Positions 54,115 to 63,797 are shown, counted from the first letter of the stretch. The stretch: 64,000 nucleotides of DNA from Nannocystis pusilla (GCF_020073745.1 NZ_JAIRAU010000002.1:145694-209693); one strand, 5' to 3'. Numbers and translations: made by a program. The notes: generated by a model from the letters alone, not told the origin.

Positions 54115-54710
54115 TGTTCCCTCACGACGTAGGTGCCCGTCAGGTAGTCGTGGAAGGCCCGCTTCTCGCGGTCGAAGGCCATCCACAGCGAGCCGAGGCC
54201 GCCGGGCACCAGGCCGACGGCCGTGCCCGCGAACCGCACCGTCGCGCGCACCGGACCGACCTTGCCGCCGGCGCGGTGGACCACGCGGATCCCGGTGAGC
54301 TTCTGCCCGGGTGTCCTTCCGGACAGGGCGATGAACAGCACGAAGTACAGCGCGACCATCACCAGCAGCGGTGCGAACCACACGAGGATCTCGAGCGGGT
54401 CGACGGTGAGCAGCTGCAGCAGGCCCGCCCACGAGAACCCGCCGCGCACCGGGCTCGGCTGACCGAGCACGCGCTGCAGGCCGAGGTGCAGCGGGCCCGC
54501 CGTCACCAGCAGGAGCGCCGCGTCGACCAGCGCGGCCGCGAGGCGGCGCCAGAAGCCGGCGACGCGCACCGGCACCAGCGCTTGCCCGCACGCGGGGCAC
54601 GTCGGGCTCCCGTCCTTGACGAGACCGATGTCCAGCGCCGCGTCGCAGCTCGGACACGGGGCGGGTCGCTCCTTGCGGGTCCAAAACGCCATCGGCGCGC
54701 ACCATATCAC
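54111..54710 (-). CDS. RDD-family membrane protein with N-terminal zinc ribbon
   Basis: CPSCDA...CPACGQ zinc ribbon, 3 TM helices, RDD-type FDREKRAFHDYLTGT motif. Confidence 0.65.
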   Translation of the reverse strand: MIWCAPMAFWTRKERPAPCPSCDAALDIGLVKDGSPTCPACGQALVPVRVAGFWRRLAAALVDAALLLVTAGPLHLGLQRVLGQPSPVRGGFSWAGLLQLLTVDPLEILVWFAPLLVMVALYFVLFIALSGRTPGQKLTGIRVVHRAGGKVGPVRATVRFAGTAVGLVPGGLGSLWMAFDREKRAFHDYLTGTYVVREQ

Positions 54711-54746
54711 GGCCCCGGGCCTCCCGGCCGGTCCCGGCGCGGCCGC

Positions 54747-55436
54747 TCAGGCGAACATGACGCGAGCGACAGCGACCAGCGCCGCGGTCTCGGTGCGCAG
54801 CGTGTAGGGCCCGAGGCTGAGCGCGCGGAAGCCCGCGGCGAGCAGAGCGCTGGCCTCGTCGGGGGTGAAGCCGCCCTCGGGGCCGACGCACACGCGCGCA
54901 CCGGCGCTGACGATCAGTGCGTCGCTCGATGTCGCGCGCAACTCCTCCCACGCGAACAAACCCGGGAGGTCGGCGCGCCGGGTCGTCGCCTCGCGGAGAT
55001 CCACGGGGCCCGAGATCGCGGGCCGGCGCGGTCGCCCGCACTGTCGCTGCGCCGCCCGCAGCACCCGCGCGATCCGGTCGGCGCCGGGCGCCGCGCCCTG
55101 GCTGCGGGCGCAGCGGACCAGCACGACCTCGGCGACCCCGAGCTCGCACAGCCCCGGCAACAGGTCGAGCACCGCGGCCGGCTCCGGCATCCCGAGCAGG
55201 ACCACGACCTCGCGGGCCGGCTGCGGCGCCGCCCGCTCGGTCACGAGGCGCACCACCGTGCCGCGCGCGTCGCCGCCGACGACCTCGGCGGTCCACAGGC
55301 CGCCGCGATCGTCGATCGCGTCGATCCTCGCGCCGTCGGCCACCCGCCGCACGCGGCGGAGGTAGTGCGACTCGCCGGCGTCGAGCAGCACGTGCGCCGG
55401 ATCGGCCGGCGCGCCGACGAACACCCGCGTGCTCAT
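54747..55436 (-). CDS. rsmE: 16S rRNA (uracil1498-N3)-methyltransferase RsmE
   Basis: 229 aa, RsmE family pattern (MSTRVFVG..., PUA-like N-terminus, C-terminal SPOUT knot VCVGPEGGFTPDE). Confidence 0.7.
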   Translation of the reverse strand: MSTRVFVGAPADPAHVLLDAGESHYLRRVRRVADGARIDAIDDRGGLWTAEVVGGDARGTVVRLVTERAAPQPAREVVVLLGMPEPAAVLDLLPGLCELGVAEVVLVRCARSQGAAPGADRIARVLRAAQRQCGRPRRPAISGPVDLREATTRRADLPGLFAWEELRATSSDALIVSAGARVCVGPEGGFTPDEASALLAAGFRALSLGPYTLRTETAALVAVARVMFA

Positions 55437-56407
55437 CGGGCGGCCCGCAGCACCAGCGCGCACCACTCGGCGAGGTCGCGGCGATCGACCTGCTCGAGCC
55501 CCGCCGCCGCGTAGGCCGCGAGCACCGCCTCGGCCTCCTCGCCGAGCACGCCGCTCAGGACCACCGTCCCGCCGGGCGCGAGGCGACGGGCGACCTCGCC
55601 GGCGATCGGGATCAGCACGCCCGGGCGGATGTTGGCGAGGATCAGATCGAAGCTGTCCGAAAGTTCCAGTACGGTCGCGGCCCGGATCTCGAGCCGGTCT
55701 TCGAGCGCGTTGGCGGCGGCGTTCTCGGCGGCGGTGTCGGCGGCGTCGGGGTCGTTGTCGGCGGCGACCACGGCGGCCCGCGGGAACAGCCGCGCCGCCG
55801 CGAGGGCCAGGATCCCCGAGCCGCAGCCGAGGTCGAGCACGCGGTCGGGGCGGGCGCCGGCCTCGGCCAGGGCGACCAGCACCTCGAGGCAGAGCCGCGT
55901 CGTCTCGTGCTGCCCGGTCCCGAACGCGCGGCCCGGATCGAGGACCAGCTCGAGCTCGGGGTCGCCGTCCTTGCGATCGATCCAGCTCGGCCGCACCAGC
56001 AGCGTCGTGCTCGCGGCCGCGAACACGATCGGCGCGTAGAACTGCTTCCACGTGTCGCGCCAGTCGTCGTCGGTGCGGACCGCCGGGGTCAGCCGCAGCG
56101 CCAGGCGCAGCTCGGCGGCGAGGCGCTCGACCTCGGCGACGAGGCCCTCGAGGCCGTCGGGGGTGGTGTAAATCGTCAACTCGGGGATCTCGCACCGACT
56201 GCCGAGGGTCGACGCGTCACGCGTCTCGACGCCCGCGGCGCGCGGGTCCTCGGCGATGAGCGTCGCCAGCGCCTCGAGCCGCTCCGACGCCTCCGCCAGC
56301 TCCGTGGGGTCGATGCCATCGCTCGCGCCGTCGTCCTCGGACCGGCCGCGGAGCTGGACCAAAAGCGTCGCCCACGGTTCGGCGCTCGTCTCTGCTGTCT
56401 CTCGCAT
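55433..56407 (-). CDS. prmA: ribosomal protein L11 methyltransferase PrmA
   Basis: GTGQHETTRLCLE and SAM motif DLGCGSGILA. ATGA overlap with rsmE. Confidence 0.75.
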   Translation of the reverse strand: MRETAETSAEPWATLLVQLRGRSEDDGASDGIDPTELAEASERLEALATLIAEDPRAAGVETRDASTLGSRCEIPELTIYTTPDGLEGLVAEVERLAAELRLALRLTPAVRTDDDWRDTWKQFYAPIVFAAASTTLLVRPSWIDRKDGDPELELVLDPGRAFGTGQHETTRLCLEVLVALAEAGARPDRVLDLGCGSGILALAAARLFPRAAVVAADNDPDAADTAAENAAANALEDRLEIRAATVLELSDSFDLILANIRPGVLIPIAGEVARRLAPGGTVVLSGVLGEEAEAVLAAYAAAGLEQVDRRDLAEWCALVLRAAR

Positions 56408-56496
56408 GGCGCGGCAGTGTAGGCGAGTTCGTCGCAGACTCGACGGATCAAATTGCATGCTCAATTACAAAAACGGCATAGGCTGCTCCGGACACG

Positions 56497-56524
56497 CGGC
56501 CCGCGGGCCCGTGCGCACTTTTTA
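56497..56524 (+). terminator. GC-rich palindromes (GGCCCGCGGGCC, GTGCGCAC) followed by TTTTT; intrinsic-terminator-like or sRNA 3' end
   Basis: Stem-loops followed by T-run on the + strand in an intergenic region with no upstream + strand CDS. Confidence 0.3.
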
Positions 56525-56651
56525 ACTTTATTCGCCCCGGAGCCTCTGCCATACCTCGGGGCCAGATCTGGGCGGCGCCTCCGGCGACGGCGACCCATGA
56601 GGGGTTGGCTGTGACGCATCATCCCCCGGGCGCTGCAAGAGGGAGAGGCAC

Positions 56652-56879
56652 ATGGTGGCATTTACGGGAGTCAAAGTGTTCTCGGCGACCAAGGCTTGGG
56701 AGCGCGAGCAGATCAGCGATCGCATCAACGAGTGGCTCGAGGCCAACCCCGGCGTGGAGATCGTCGACAAGGTGGTCACCCAGAGCTCCGACAGCGAGTT
56801 TCACTGCCTGACCATCACCCTGTTCTACAGCCGCCCGACCAGCCGTGGTGCCGCCGCTCAAGCGTCTGCGGCGCCCTGA
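56652..56879 (+). CDS. small hypothetical protein (75 aa)
   Basis: Good RBS (GGGAGAGG) 4 nt before ATG. Located in an AT-richer intergenic region. No recognisable family. Confidence 0.4.
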   Translation: MVAFTGVKVFSATKAWEREQISDRINEWLEANPGVEIVDKVVTQSSDSEFHCLTITLFYSRPTSRGAAAQASAAP

Positions 56880-57097
56880 CGCGCCAGCCGCCGCGTGCGA
56901 GCAGCCTGATAGAGCCTTTCGCCTTGCGAGAGCCGGCGCCGTCCGCGTCGGCTGTCGAGCTTTCTGACCGCGGGCACGCCTCGCCGACGTCGTCGCTCTC
57001 GCGTCCGTGTCTCGGCAGTACGGGACAGGTCCCAAGAGACAGTTTCGACGCGCGCCGCTTGTCGCGCCGACCGGCCTGCGGGTATGGTGCGGCGGCG

Positions 57098-58090
57098 ATG
57101 GCACGGGGGCGGCTCAGCGTCGAGGCGTACGCGGCGGGGGTGAGGGCAGGCGAGCGGGCGGTGCTGGCGCGGGCGATCACGTTGGTCGAGAGCCAGCGCG
57201 CCGACGATCAGGCGCTCGCGCGCGAGCTGGTGGCCGAGCTGCAGGCCGACGCCGGCGGCTCGCTGCGCGTCGGCGTGACCGGCAGTCCCGGGGCCGGCAA
57301 GAGCACCCTGATCGAGGCGCTCGGTCTTCACCTCGTGCGGGACCTCGGCCGCCGCGTCGCCGTCCTGGCCGTCGATCCCAGCTCCGTGCGCAGCGGCGGC
57401 AGCATCCTCGGCGACAAGACGCGCATGCAGGAGCTGGCCCGCGAGCCTCGCGCCTTCATCCGGCCTTCGCCCTCGCTCGGCGAGCTCGGCGGCGTCGCGC
57501 GTCACACCCGCGAGACCGTGCTCTTGTGTGAAGCGTCCGGCTTCGACGTCGTCCTCGTCGAGACAGTCGGCGTCGGCCAGTCCGAGGTCATGGTCGCCCA
57601 GCTCGTCGACTGCTTCCTCGTCCTCATGCTCGCCGGCGCCGGCGACGAGCTGCAGGGCATCAAGCGCGGGATCCTCGAGCTCGCCGACATCCTCGCCATC
57701 ACCAAGGCCGACGGCGACAACACCGCCGCCGCCGAGCGAGCCCGCGCCGAGTACGCCCTGGCGATGCGCCTCATCCGCCCCAAGCACCCCGGCTGGTCCG
57801 TGCCCGTCGTCACCACCTCCTCCGTCACCGGCGCCGGCCTCGCCGCACTGTGGCAGACCGTCGAGCGTCACCGCCTGGCCCTTCAGTCAGGTCCCGCCTG
57901 GCAGGCCCAGCGCGAGGCGCAGCACGTCTACTGGCTCTGGCGCGCCATCGAGGCCGAACTGATGCGCCGCTTCGCCGCCGACCCCGCCGTGCTCGCCCGC
58001 CGCCCCGAGCTCGAAGCCGCCGTCCGCAGCGGCCGCCTCAGCCCCGACCACGCCGCCGCCGAACTGCTCGCCGCCTTCACCGGCCGCTGA
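57098..58090 (+). CDS. meaB: methylmalonyl-CoA mutase-associated GTPase MeaB/ArgK family
   Basis: Walker A GSPGAGKST, switch motifs, NKAD-like ITKAD. 330 aa. Confidence 0.8.
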   Translation: MARGRLSVEAYAAGVRAGERAVLARAITLVESQRADDQALARELVAELQADAGGSLRVGVTGSPGAGKSTLIEALGLHLVRDLGRRVAVLAVDPSSVRSGGSILGDKTRMQELAREPRAFIRPSPSLGELGGVARHTRETVLLCEASGFDVVLVETVGVGQSEVMVAQLVDCFLVLMLAGAGDELQGIKRGILELADILAITKADGDNTAAAERARAEYALAMRLIRPKHPGWSVPVVTTSSVTGAGLAALWQTVERHRLALQSGPAWQAQREAQHVYWLWRAIEAELMRRFAADPAVLARRPELEAAVRSGRLSPDHAAAELLAAFTGR

Positions 58091-58132
58091 CGCCGACGCG
58101 GCCTTGTCGCAGTCGATCGTCGCGGAGCGAGG

Positions 58133-58436
58133 TCGTCGCGCAGCACATCGTCGCGCTGCGAGCGAGCGCCGGATAGGACGCCCAGAGGTCCGTCCGAGGG
58201 ATGGCCGGCCCCGGCCGTCCCTCGGGCGGAATGTACCTGCGCGAAGAGACAGCCTCCAGCGAAGCCCGCGACCGGCGCTCGGGCCACCCACGAGTGGGCC
58301 GTGCCAGCGGTCGGGGGTGCGGTCCTCCGACCATCCGCAGAGAGATGGGCCCGACGAAGGAGGGTCCATCCGCGAGGACTGGGCGGAGGACCGCATCCCC
58401 GGCCGCCCGCGAGGCGCATTCGGCAGTTCGCGAAGC
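58133..58436 (-). repeat. ~305-bp structured non-coding repeat element, copy B (inverted)
   Basis: Reverse complement of copy A, including the 17-bp stem arms. Directly followed (58479-58535) by a 4-unit CATGTC array at the same end of the element as in copy A. Confidence 0.8.
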
Positions 58437-58478
58437 ACGAGCACCAGGCCTTCGCGCCCCGCACCCTGCGACAAGAGA

Positions 58479-58535
58479 CATGCCCGAACAAGCATGTCTG
58501 AAAGACAATGCTCCTCAAGACATGTCCTTCTCGCC
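58479..58535. repeat. 4-unit 14-bp CATGTC array
   Basis: CATGCC 58479, CATGTC 58493, CAATGC 58507, CATGTC 58521. Confidence 0.75.
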
Positions 58536-58550
58536 AGAGAAAGGGAGGCG

Positions 58551-59960
58551 CTAGGAGCCCTGGCCGGTGAGGTCGATGCGCCGCCACGCCCCGTTGCGGA
58601 AGCGCAGCACCAGCACCAGCGCGAGGAACACCATGTACACGACCATGCTCCACGTCGCCGCGACCGCGCCGCCCTGCCACACGAACACGCTGAGCCACGC
58701 CAGCGGCAGCCAGATCGCCCACGAGACGGTGATGCGGGCCGCGAGCGGCCACGCCGTGTCGCCGGCCGCGCGCAGCGCCTCGTTGATCGTCATCACGGCG
58801 GCGTCGAGGAGCTGCCACACCGCGCTGATCGCCAGCAGCTGGGCGCCGAGGACCACCACGGCGCTCGAGCCCGCGACCTCGTCGCGGGCGAAGATCATCA
58901 TCAACGGCACCGGGACGGCGAAGTAGAGCAGGCCGACCAGTCCTTGCCAGCAGGCGGCGACCGAGAAGGTCTGGCGCACGAGTCGGGGCACCTGGTCGTG
59001 GTGGCCGCCGCCGATCGCCTGGCCGACCAGCACGGCGCCGGCCGAGGCGAGGCCGAACGCCGGCATGAACGACACCGAGTTGACCGCGCTCACCGCCATG
59101 AGCGCCGCGACGGCGACCGTCCCGAGCTCGGCGAGCACGACGTTGATGAAGATCAGGAAGGCCGCGAACTCGAGGAACCAGTTGAGGCCGTTCGGCAGGC
59201 CGAAGCGCATCATCCGCGAGAACTCGCGCGCGTTGAGGCGGCCGTCCGAGCTGGCTGGAAGGACAGGTAAGGCGTGTTCGACGGGGCCGAGCATCGCGGG
59301 GTCGACGGCGGACTGCTTGCGCGCGCGCCAGAACGCGTGGCAGGCGACGGCGAAGCCGGCGACGCTGGCGAGCACGCTGGCCCACGCGGCGCCCTGGACC
59401 CCGAGGGCCGGCGCGCCGAGGTTGCCGTAGATCAGGACCCAGTTGAGGACGATGTTGACGACCATCGCCGTCAAGCTGGCGCGCATCGCCACCTGCGTGT
59501 CGCCGAGGCCGGCGAACCAGTTGCCGAGCGCCTCGGCGCCGACGACCACGCCGGCGCTGACCATGCGGATCGCCATGTAGTCGGCCATCACCTCGCGCAC
59601 CGCCGGCGTGTGGCCGGTCAGCGCGAGGAGCGGGTCGATCGCCGGGATCGCAGCGACGCCTGCGAGCATCGCCAGGGCGGCGAGCCACAGGCCGTACCAG
59701 GCGTAGCGGCGCGCGCTGGCGAGGTCGCCCTGGCCGGCCAGCTGGGCCGCGTAGCTCTGGACGATGAACGTGATGCCCATCGGCAGCACGAGGAGCGCGA
59801 ACGAGTTCAGGGCCCCGGTGGTCGCGGCCGCGAGCGCGTCGTCGCCGAGCGGGGCGACCATCGCGGCGTCGCTGAAGCTGATCACCGACTGCGCCGAGCG
59901 TGCGAGCACGATCGGCCAGGCCAGGGTGATGAGCGCGCGGAGTCCCGGGGCCGTGGACAT
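58551..59960 (-). CDS. MATE family efflux transporter
   Basis: 12 TM, duplicated MATE domains. 469 aa. Confidence 0.75.
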   Translation of the reverse strand: MSTAPGLRALITLAWPIVLARSAQSVISFSDAAMVAPLGDDALAAATTGALNSFALLVLPMGITFIVQSYAAQLAGQGDLASARRYAWYGLWLAALAMLAGVAAIPAIDPLLALTGHTPAVREVMADYMAIRMVSAGVVVGAEALGNWFAGLGDTQVAMRASLTAMVVNIVLNWVLIYGNLGAPALGVQGAAWASVLASVAGFAVACHAFWRARKQSAVDPAMLGPVEHALPVLPASSDGRLNAREFSRMMRFGLPNGLNWFLEFAAFLIFINVVLAELGTVAVAALMAVSAVNSVSFMPAFGLASAGAVLVGQAIGGGHHDQVPRLVRQTFSVAACWQGLVGLLYFAVPVPLMMIFARDEVAGSSAVVVLGAQLLAISAVWQLLDAAVMTINEALRAAGDTAWPLAARITVSWAIWLPLAWLSVFVWQGGAVAATWSMVVYMVFLALVLVLRFRNGAWRRIDLTGQGS

Positions 59961-60003
59961 GGGCGCGGGAGGATACTCGCTCGCGCCCGCGCCGTCTCGC
60001 GCG

Positions 60004-61593
60004 TCAGGGCGCGCGCGTGAACTGGGCAGCCGCCGGATCGACGAGGCTGTCGACGCTCACGCGCCCGTTGATGGCGAGGTGGCGCAAGACCTGCCACACG
60101 GCCACGGGATCGGCGCCGAGCGCCTCGGCGAGCTCGCGACAGGTCTTGCCTCCAGGGCCGCCGGGCAGCGCCGAAAGCACCGCGCCCTGCAGCTGCAGCA
60201 CGCCCTTCGCCGCCTGCTTGCCGGCCTCGACGCCGGGCTGGTGATAGGCGTTGACGTCGATCAGCTCGGCGTAGATCCCGACCGCGCGCTCGAACAGCGC
60301 GATCATGGCGCCCACCGCGGCGGCGTCGACGTCGCGCAGCACGAGCGTCGCGCTGGCGCGCCCGCGCTCGGCCAGGGCGGCGCGCGTGCCCTGGTAGAAG
60401 CCGTCGAGGCAGTCGCCCGAGCTCACGCGCGGCTCGACCTCGACCTGGCCCGGACCCGTGACCTGGCCGTCGAGGTCGCGCAGCACCCGCACGAACACCG
60501 CGAAGAAGTTGTGAAGGCCGTCGCGCAGCTGCTGCACGTAGGCGTGCTGGTCGGTCGAGCCCTTGTTGCCGTAGACCGCGAGGCCCTGCCACACCTCGCG
60601 CCCCTGGCGATCGAGCCGCTTGCCCAGCGACTCCATCACCAGCTGCTGCAGGTAGCGCGACAGCAGCGACAGGCGATCTTTGTATGGCAGGATGACCATG
60701 TCCCGAAGGCCATGTCCCTGGCCCTGCTGGTACCACAGCCACGCCAGCAGCGCGGCCGGGTTGCGCCGCGCCGGGCGCACGCGGCCCCACTGGTCCATGG
60801 CCGCGGCCCCGCGCAGCAGGCCGCGCCAGTCGTGCCCCAGCAGCGCGGCCGGCAGCAGGCCGACGGGCGAGAGGACGCTGGTGCGCCCGCCGACCCAGTC
60901 CCACATCGGGAAGCGCGCCAGCCAGCCCTCGCGCGTCGCCAGTTCGTCGAGCTGGCTGCCCTCCATGGTGATGGCGACGGCTCGCTTCGGGAATTCGATG
61001 GCCTGGCGCGCACACGCGGCCCGCAGCTCGAGCATGCCGTTGCGCGTCTCGGTGGTCGAGCCCGACTTGGAGACGACGAGGATCAGCGTCTGCGCCAAAG
61101 TACCTGTCTCTGCGAGCAGGTCGGCGATGCCGGCCGGATCGGTGTTGTCGAGCACGCGCAGGCGGAAGCCGGGCCCGCTGTCGCGCGGGGTCAACGCGGC
61201 CTCGAGCAGCTGCGGCCCGAGCGCGCTGCCGCCGATCCCGACGAGGATCGCGCCGGTGAACGGCCGCCCGTCGTCGCCGGCGATCTGGCCGCTGCGCACG
61301 CCGGCCGCGAAGGCCTCGATGCTCCGCCAGCTGGCGTGGATAGCGACGGCGATCTGGGGGTCGGGCGCCCGCTCCGGGTCGCGCAGCCAGTAGTGCCCGA
61401 CCATGCGCCCCTCGTCGATGTTGGCGACGGCTCCGCCCTCGATCCGGTGGAGAGCGTCGAGCGCAGCCTCGAGCCGCGAGGCGTTGGCGGTCAGCGAGGG
61501 CTCGTCGAGCTGGGCGTCGGCGAAGTCGAGCTCGATGTCGAGTTCGGCACGGTAAAGGCGCCAGGTGAGGTAGTGGTCGAGTGTGTCGGCCAT
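60004..61593 (-). CDS. pgi: glucose-6-phosphate isomerase
   Basis: VGIGGSALGPQ and SKSGSTTET PGI signatures. 529 aa. Confidence 0.85.
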   Translation of the reverse strand: MADTLDHYLTWRLYRAELDIELDFADAQLDEPSLTANASRLEAALDALHRIEGGAVANIDEGRMVGHYWLRDPERAPDPQIAVAIHASWRSIEAFAAGVRSGQIAGDDGRPFTGAILVGIGGSALGPQLLEAALTPRDSGPGFRLRVLDNTDPAGIADLLAETGTLAQTLILVVSKSGSTTETRNGMLELRAACARQAIEFPKRAVAITMEGSQLDELATREGWLARFPMWDWVGGRTSVLSPVGLLPAALLGHDWRGLLRGAAAMDQWGRVRPARRNPAALLAWLWYQQGQGHGLRDMVILPYKDRLSLLSRYLQQLVMESLGKRLDRQGREVWQGLAVYGNKGSTDQHAYVQQLRDGLHNFFAVFVRVLRDLDGQVTGPGQVEVEPRVSSGDCLDGFYQGTRAALAERGRASATLVLRDVDAAAVGAMIALFERAVGIYAELIDVNAYHQPGVEAGKQAAKGVLQLQGAVLSALPGGPGGKTCRELAEALGADPVAVWQVLRHLAINGRVSVDSLVDPAAAQFTRAP

Positions 61594-61678
61594 GTGCGCG
61601 CTTTATAGCAGCGTCGCGCGGGGACGGCTGGGGTCGACGAGCCGCTGCGGGCGGGCGGCTGCCTCGGCTGGGGCCGGT

Positions 61679-61774
61679 GGGCTGATGTTCGGGGTTCTTG
61701 GCGGGCTGGTGTTCGGGGGGCGCGGCGGGCTGGTGTTCGGGGGGCGCGGCGGGCCGGCGTTCGGGGTTCGCGAA
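61679..61774. repeat. 4 x 24-bp tandem repeat (GGGCTGGTGTTCGGGGGGCGCGGC)
   Basis: Four consecutive units; the two central ones are identical. Immediately precedes structured repeat copy C. Confidence 0.75.
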
Positions 61775-62067
61775 CTGCCGAATGCGCCTCGCGGGCGGCC
61801 GGGGATGCGGTCCTCCGCCCAGTCCTCGCGGATGGACCCTCCTTCGTCGGGCCCATCTCTCTGCGGATGGTCGGAGGACCGCATCCCCGACCGCTGGCAC
61901 GGCCCACCCGTGGGTGGCCCGAGCGCCGGTCGCGGGCTTCGCTGGGAGCTGTCTTTTCGAGCAGGTGCACTCCGCCCGAGGGACGGCCGGGGCCGGCCAT
62001 CCCTCGGACGGACCTCTGGGCGCGGTATCCGGCGCTCGCTCGTGGCGCGACGATGTGCTGGGCGACG
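61766..62067 (+). repeat. ~305-bp structured non-coding repeat element, copy C
   Basis: Starts TTCGCGAACTGCCGAATGCGCC as copy A. About 92% identical, with small indels that break every reading frame. Confidence 0.8.
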
Positions 62068-62117
62068 AGCTCGGGCGGACGAGCAAGCGGGGGGCGACGA
62101 GGTTGGGCGGTGCTGGC

Positions 62118-62663
62118 ATGATGCGGGATGTGATGCGCGCCCGGGGCTCGAAGATCGTGTTGCTGACAGTTTGTCTCGCGCCGAGCTGTGGGCCGCGGGC
62201 GCCCGATCATGCGACCGAGGCGAGCAGCGATGCGGGGTCGACGACGGTGACGTCGAGCGGCGGCGCGACGACGAGCGGAGTGGTGACGACGAGCGGAGCG
62301 GTGACGACGGGGATGGAGCTGCCGAAGCTCGACTTGCCGGCGCCGGCGGAGGACCTCTCGTCGGTCGAGCCGGAGCCGGTGCCGGCGCCGGACTGCGACG
62401 TGCTTCCGGATGTGCCGGCGGAGGTGACGTGCGACTGGTTCGGCAAGAGGGAGCCGCTCCAGCTCGTGTATGCGTGCCTGTGGGACGCCGATCCGAGCGC
62501 GTGTCCCGATCGGCTGTCGGAGACGGCGAATCATGCGATCGATGGCTGCCCGTTTTGCGAGCCTGTCGAGTTCGTCGAGATGTGCGGGCCGGATCCGCGG
62601 CGGCCCGAGGCGTGTTGTTACTGGACGGTGGGGATTGTCAACAGCTGCCCGGTGCCCTGGTGA
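62118..62663 (+). CDS. Cys-rich lipoprotein
   Basis: Signal KIVLLTVCLAPSC, T/S-rich linker, Cys-rich C-terminus. 181 aa. Confidence 0.5.
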   Translation: MMRDVMRARGSKIVLLTVCLAPSCGPRAPDHATEASSDAGSTTVTSSGGATTSGVVTTSGAVTTGMELPKLDLPAPAEDLSSVEPEPVPAPDCDVLPDVPAEVTCDWFGKREPLQLVYACLWDADPSACPDRLSETANHAIDGCPFCEPVEFVEMCGPDPRRPEACCYWTVGIVNSCPVPW

Positions 62664-62672
62664 AGCGGTCGG

Positions 62673-63797
62673 TCAGCCGGGGTCGAGGCCGACGCCGCGG
62701 ACGATCTCGGCCATCGCCGGACGCGCCCGGGCCAGGTCGGCGCGCGTCTTGATCGGCAAGAAGCGGCGGCGATCGACCCGCAGGCAGGCGGTGCGCGCGA
62801 ACTCGGTGAGCTGGCCGATCAACTGCTCGAATTGCACGACGGACATGTCCTCCCGGCCAGGCCACTCGATCGTGCGCTCGACCGGGAACCACGTCAGCGG
62901 GTGCGTGCGCTCGAGCGCCGCCAGCGAGATCCACAGGGTGTTGGTGTTGAAGTGCGGGTACTGATCGAGGGCTGTCCCCGGGGGCAGGCGGAACGACTCG
63001 ACGATGATCGGGCGGCCGTCGACCTCGGCCACGCAGCCGCCGGCGTCGTCGGGGGCGCGCGGGACGACCTCGACGCTGAGCTCGGCGCCGGCCTCGACGG
63101 CCTCGAGGTGCGCGCCCAAGATCGTCGGGTCGAGCGAGGCGCCGAGGTTGTCGACGTTGGAGACGAGGACGTGCTCGACCCCGCGGGCGCGCAGCTCGGC
63201 GACGACGCCGCTGTCACGCACGCGGCGGAGGGTGTCGCCGTGGCCGGGCGCGGCGTAGACGGTGGTGTCGGGCAGGACGTCGGCGCCGGGCAGGCTCAGC
63301 AGCGGGGTGCCGTCGGGCAGGACGCGCGGGAGCAGCGACTGCAGGAACTCGAGCCGGTCGCCCGCCGGCACGCCCGACCAACCGATGGTCGCCAGGTGAT
63401 CGCCGGAGGCGGCGGCCGTGGCGAAGCTGTGCATGACGACCGCGGGGACGCCGGCGGCGCGGACCCCGGCTAGCTTGACGGCCAGGAACGAAAGGTCAGG
63501 TCGATCGGGCAGCACCGGCACCACGCCCTTGACCACGCCGCCGAAGCGGGTGGCCATGCCGCCGTTGAGGATCAGGGCCGCGACCTTGCGCGCGCCGAGG
63601 GCCGCCTCGCCGCGCTCGCGCCAGCGCGGGCGCGCGTCGACCCGGTCGAGGTCGAGCAGGTCGCCCTCGCCGAGCGGCCGCGGCGGCGCCGGCAAGCGCG
63701 AACGCGTGGGGCTCAGCTCGCCGCGAGCCAGGGCGCCACGGAGGGCGTCGAACAGGGCGGCGTCGAAGGCGATGTCGGCGACCGAGGGGCGGACCAT
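62673..63797 (-). CDS. UDP-sugar pyrophosphorylase (UDPGP family, UTP--glucose-1-phosphate uridylyltransferase-like)
   Basis: LILNGGMATRFGG matches the UDPGP LNGGxGTRxG motif. 374 aa. Confidence 0.6.
   Translation of the reverse strand: MVRPSVADIAFDAALFDALRGALARGELSPTRSRLPAPPRPLGEGDLLDLDRVDARPRWRERGEAALGARKVAALILNGGMATRFGGVVKGVVPVLPDRPDLSFLAVKLAGVRAAGVPAVVMHSFATAAASGDHLATIGWSGVPAGDRLEFLQSLLPRVLPDGTPLLSLPGADVLPDTTVYAAPGHGDTLRRVRDSGVVAELRARGVEHVLVSNVDNLGASLDPTILGAHLEAVEAGAELSVEVVPRAPDDAGGCVAEVDGRPIIVESFRLPPGTALDQYPHFNTNTLWISLAALERTHPLTWFPVERTIEWPGREDMSVVQFEQLIGQLTEFARTACLRVDRRRFLPIKTRADLARARPAMAEIVRGVGLDPG

Noticed and set aside
54115-55296. N-terminal 394 aa of ORF 48916..55296 (RRGRRRRRAR...)
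   Set aside because: Extremely Arg-rich. Overlaps the RDD and rsmE genes in another frame. A GTG with a GTGA overlap to the RDD stop at 54114 gives a sensible MshEN-domain N-terminus.
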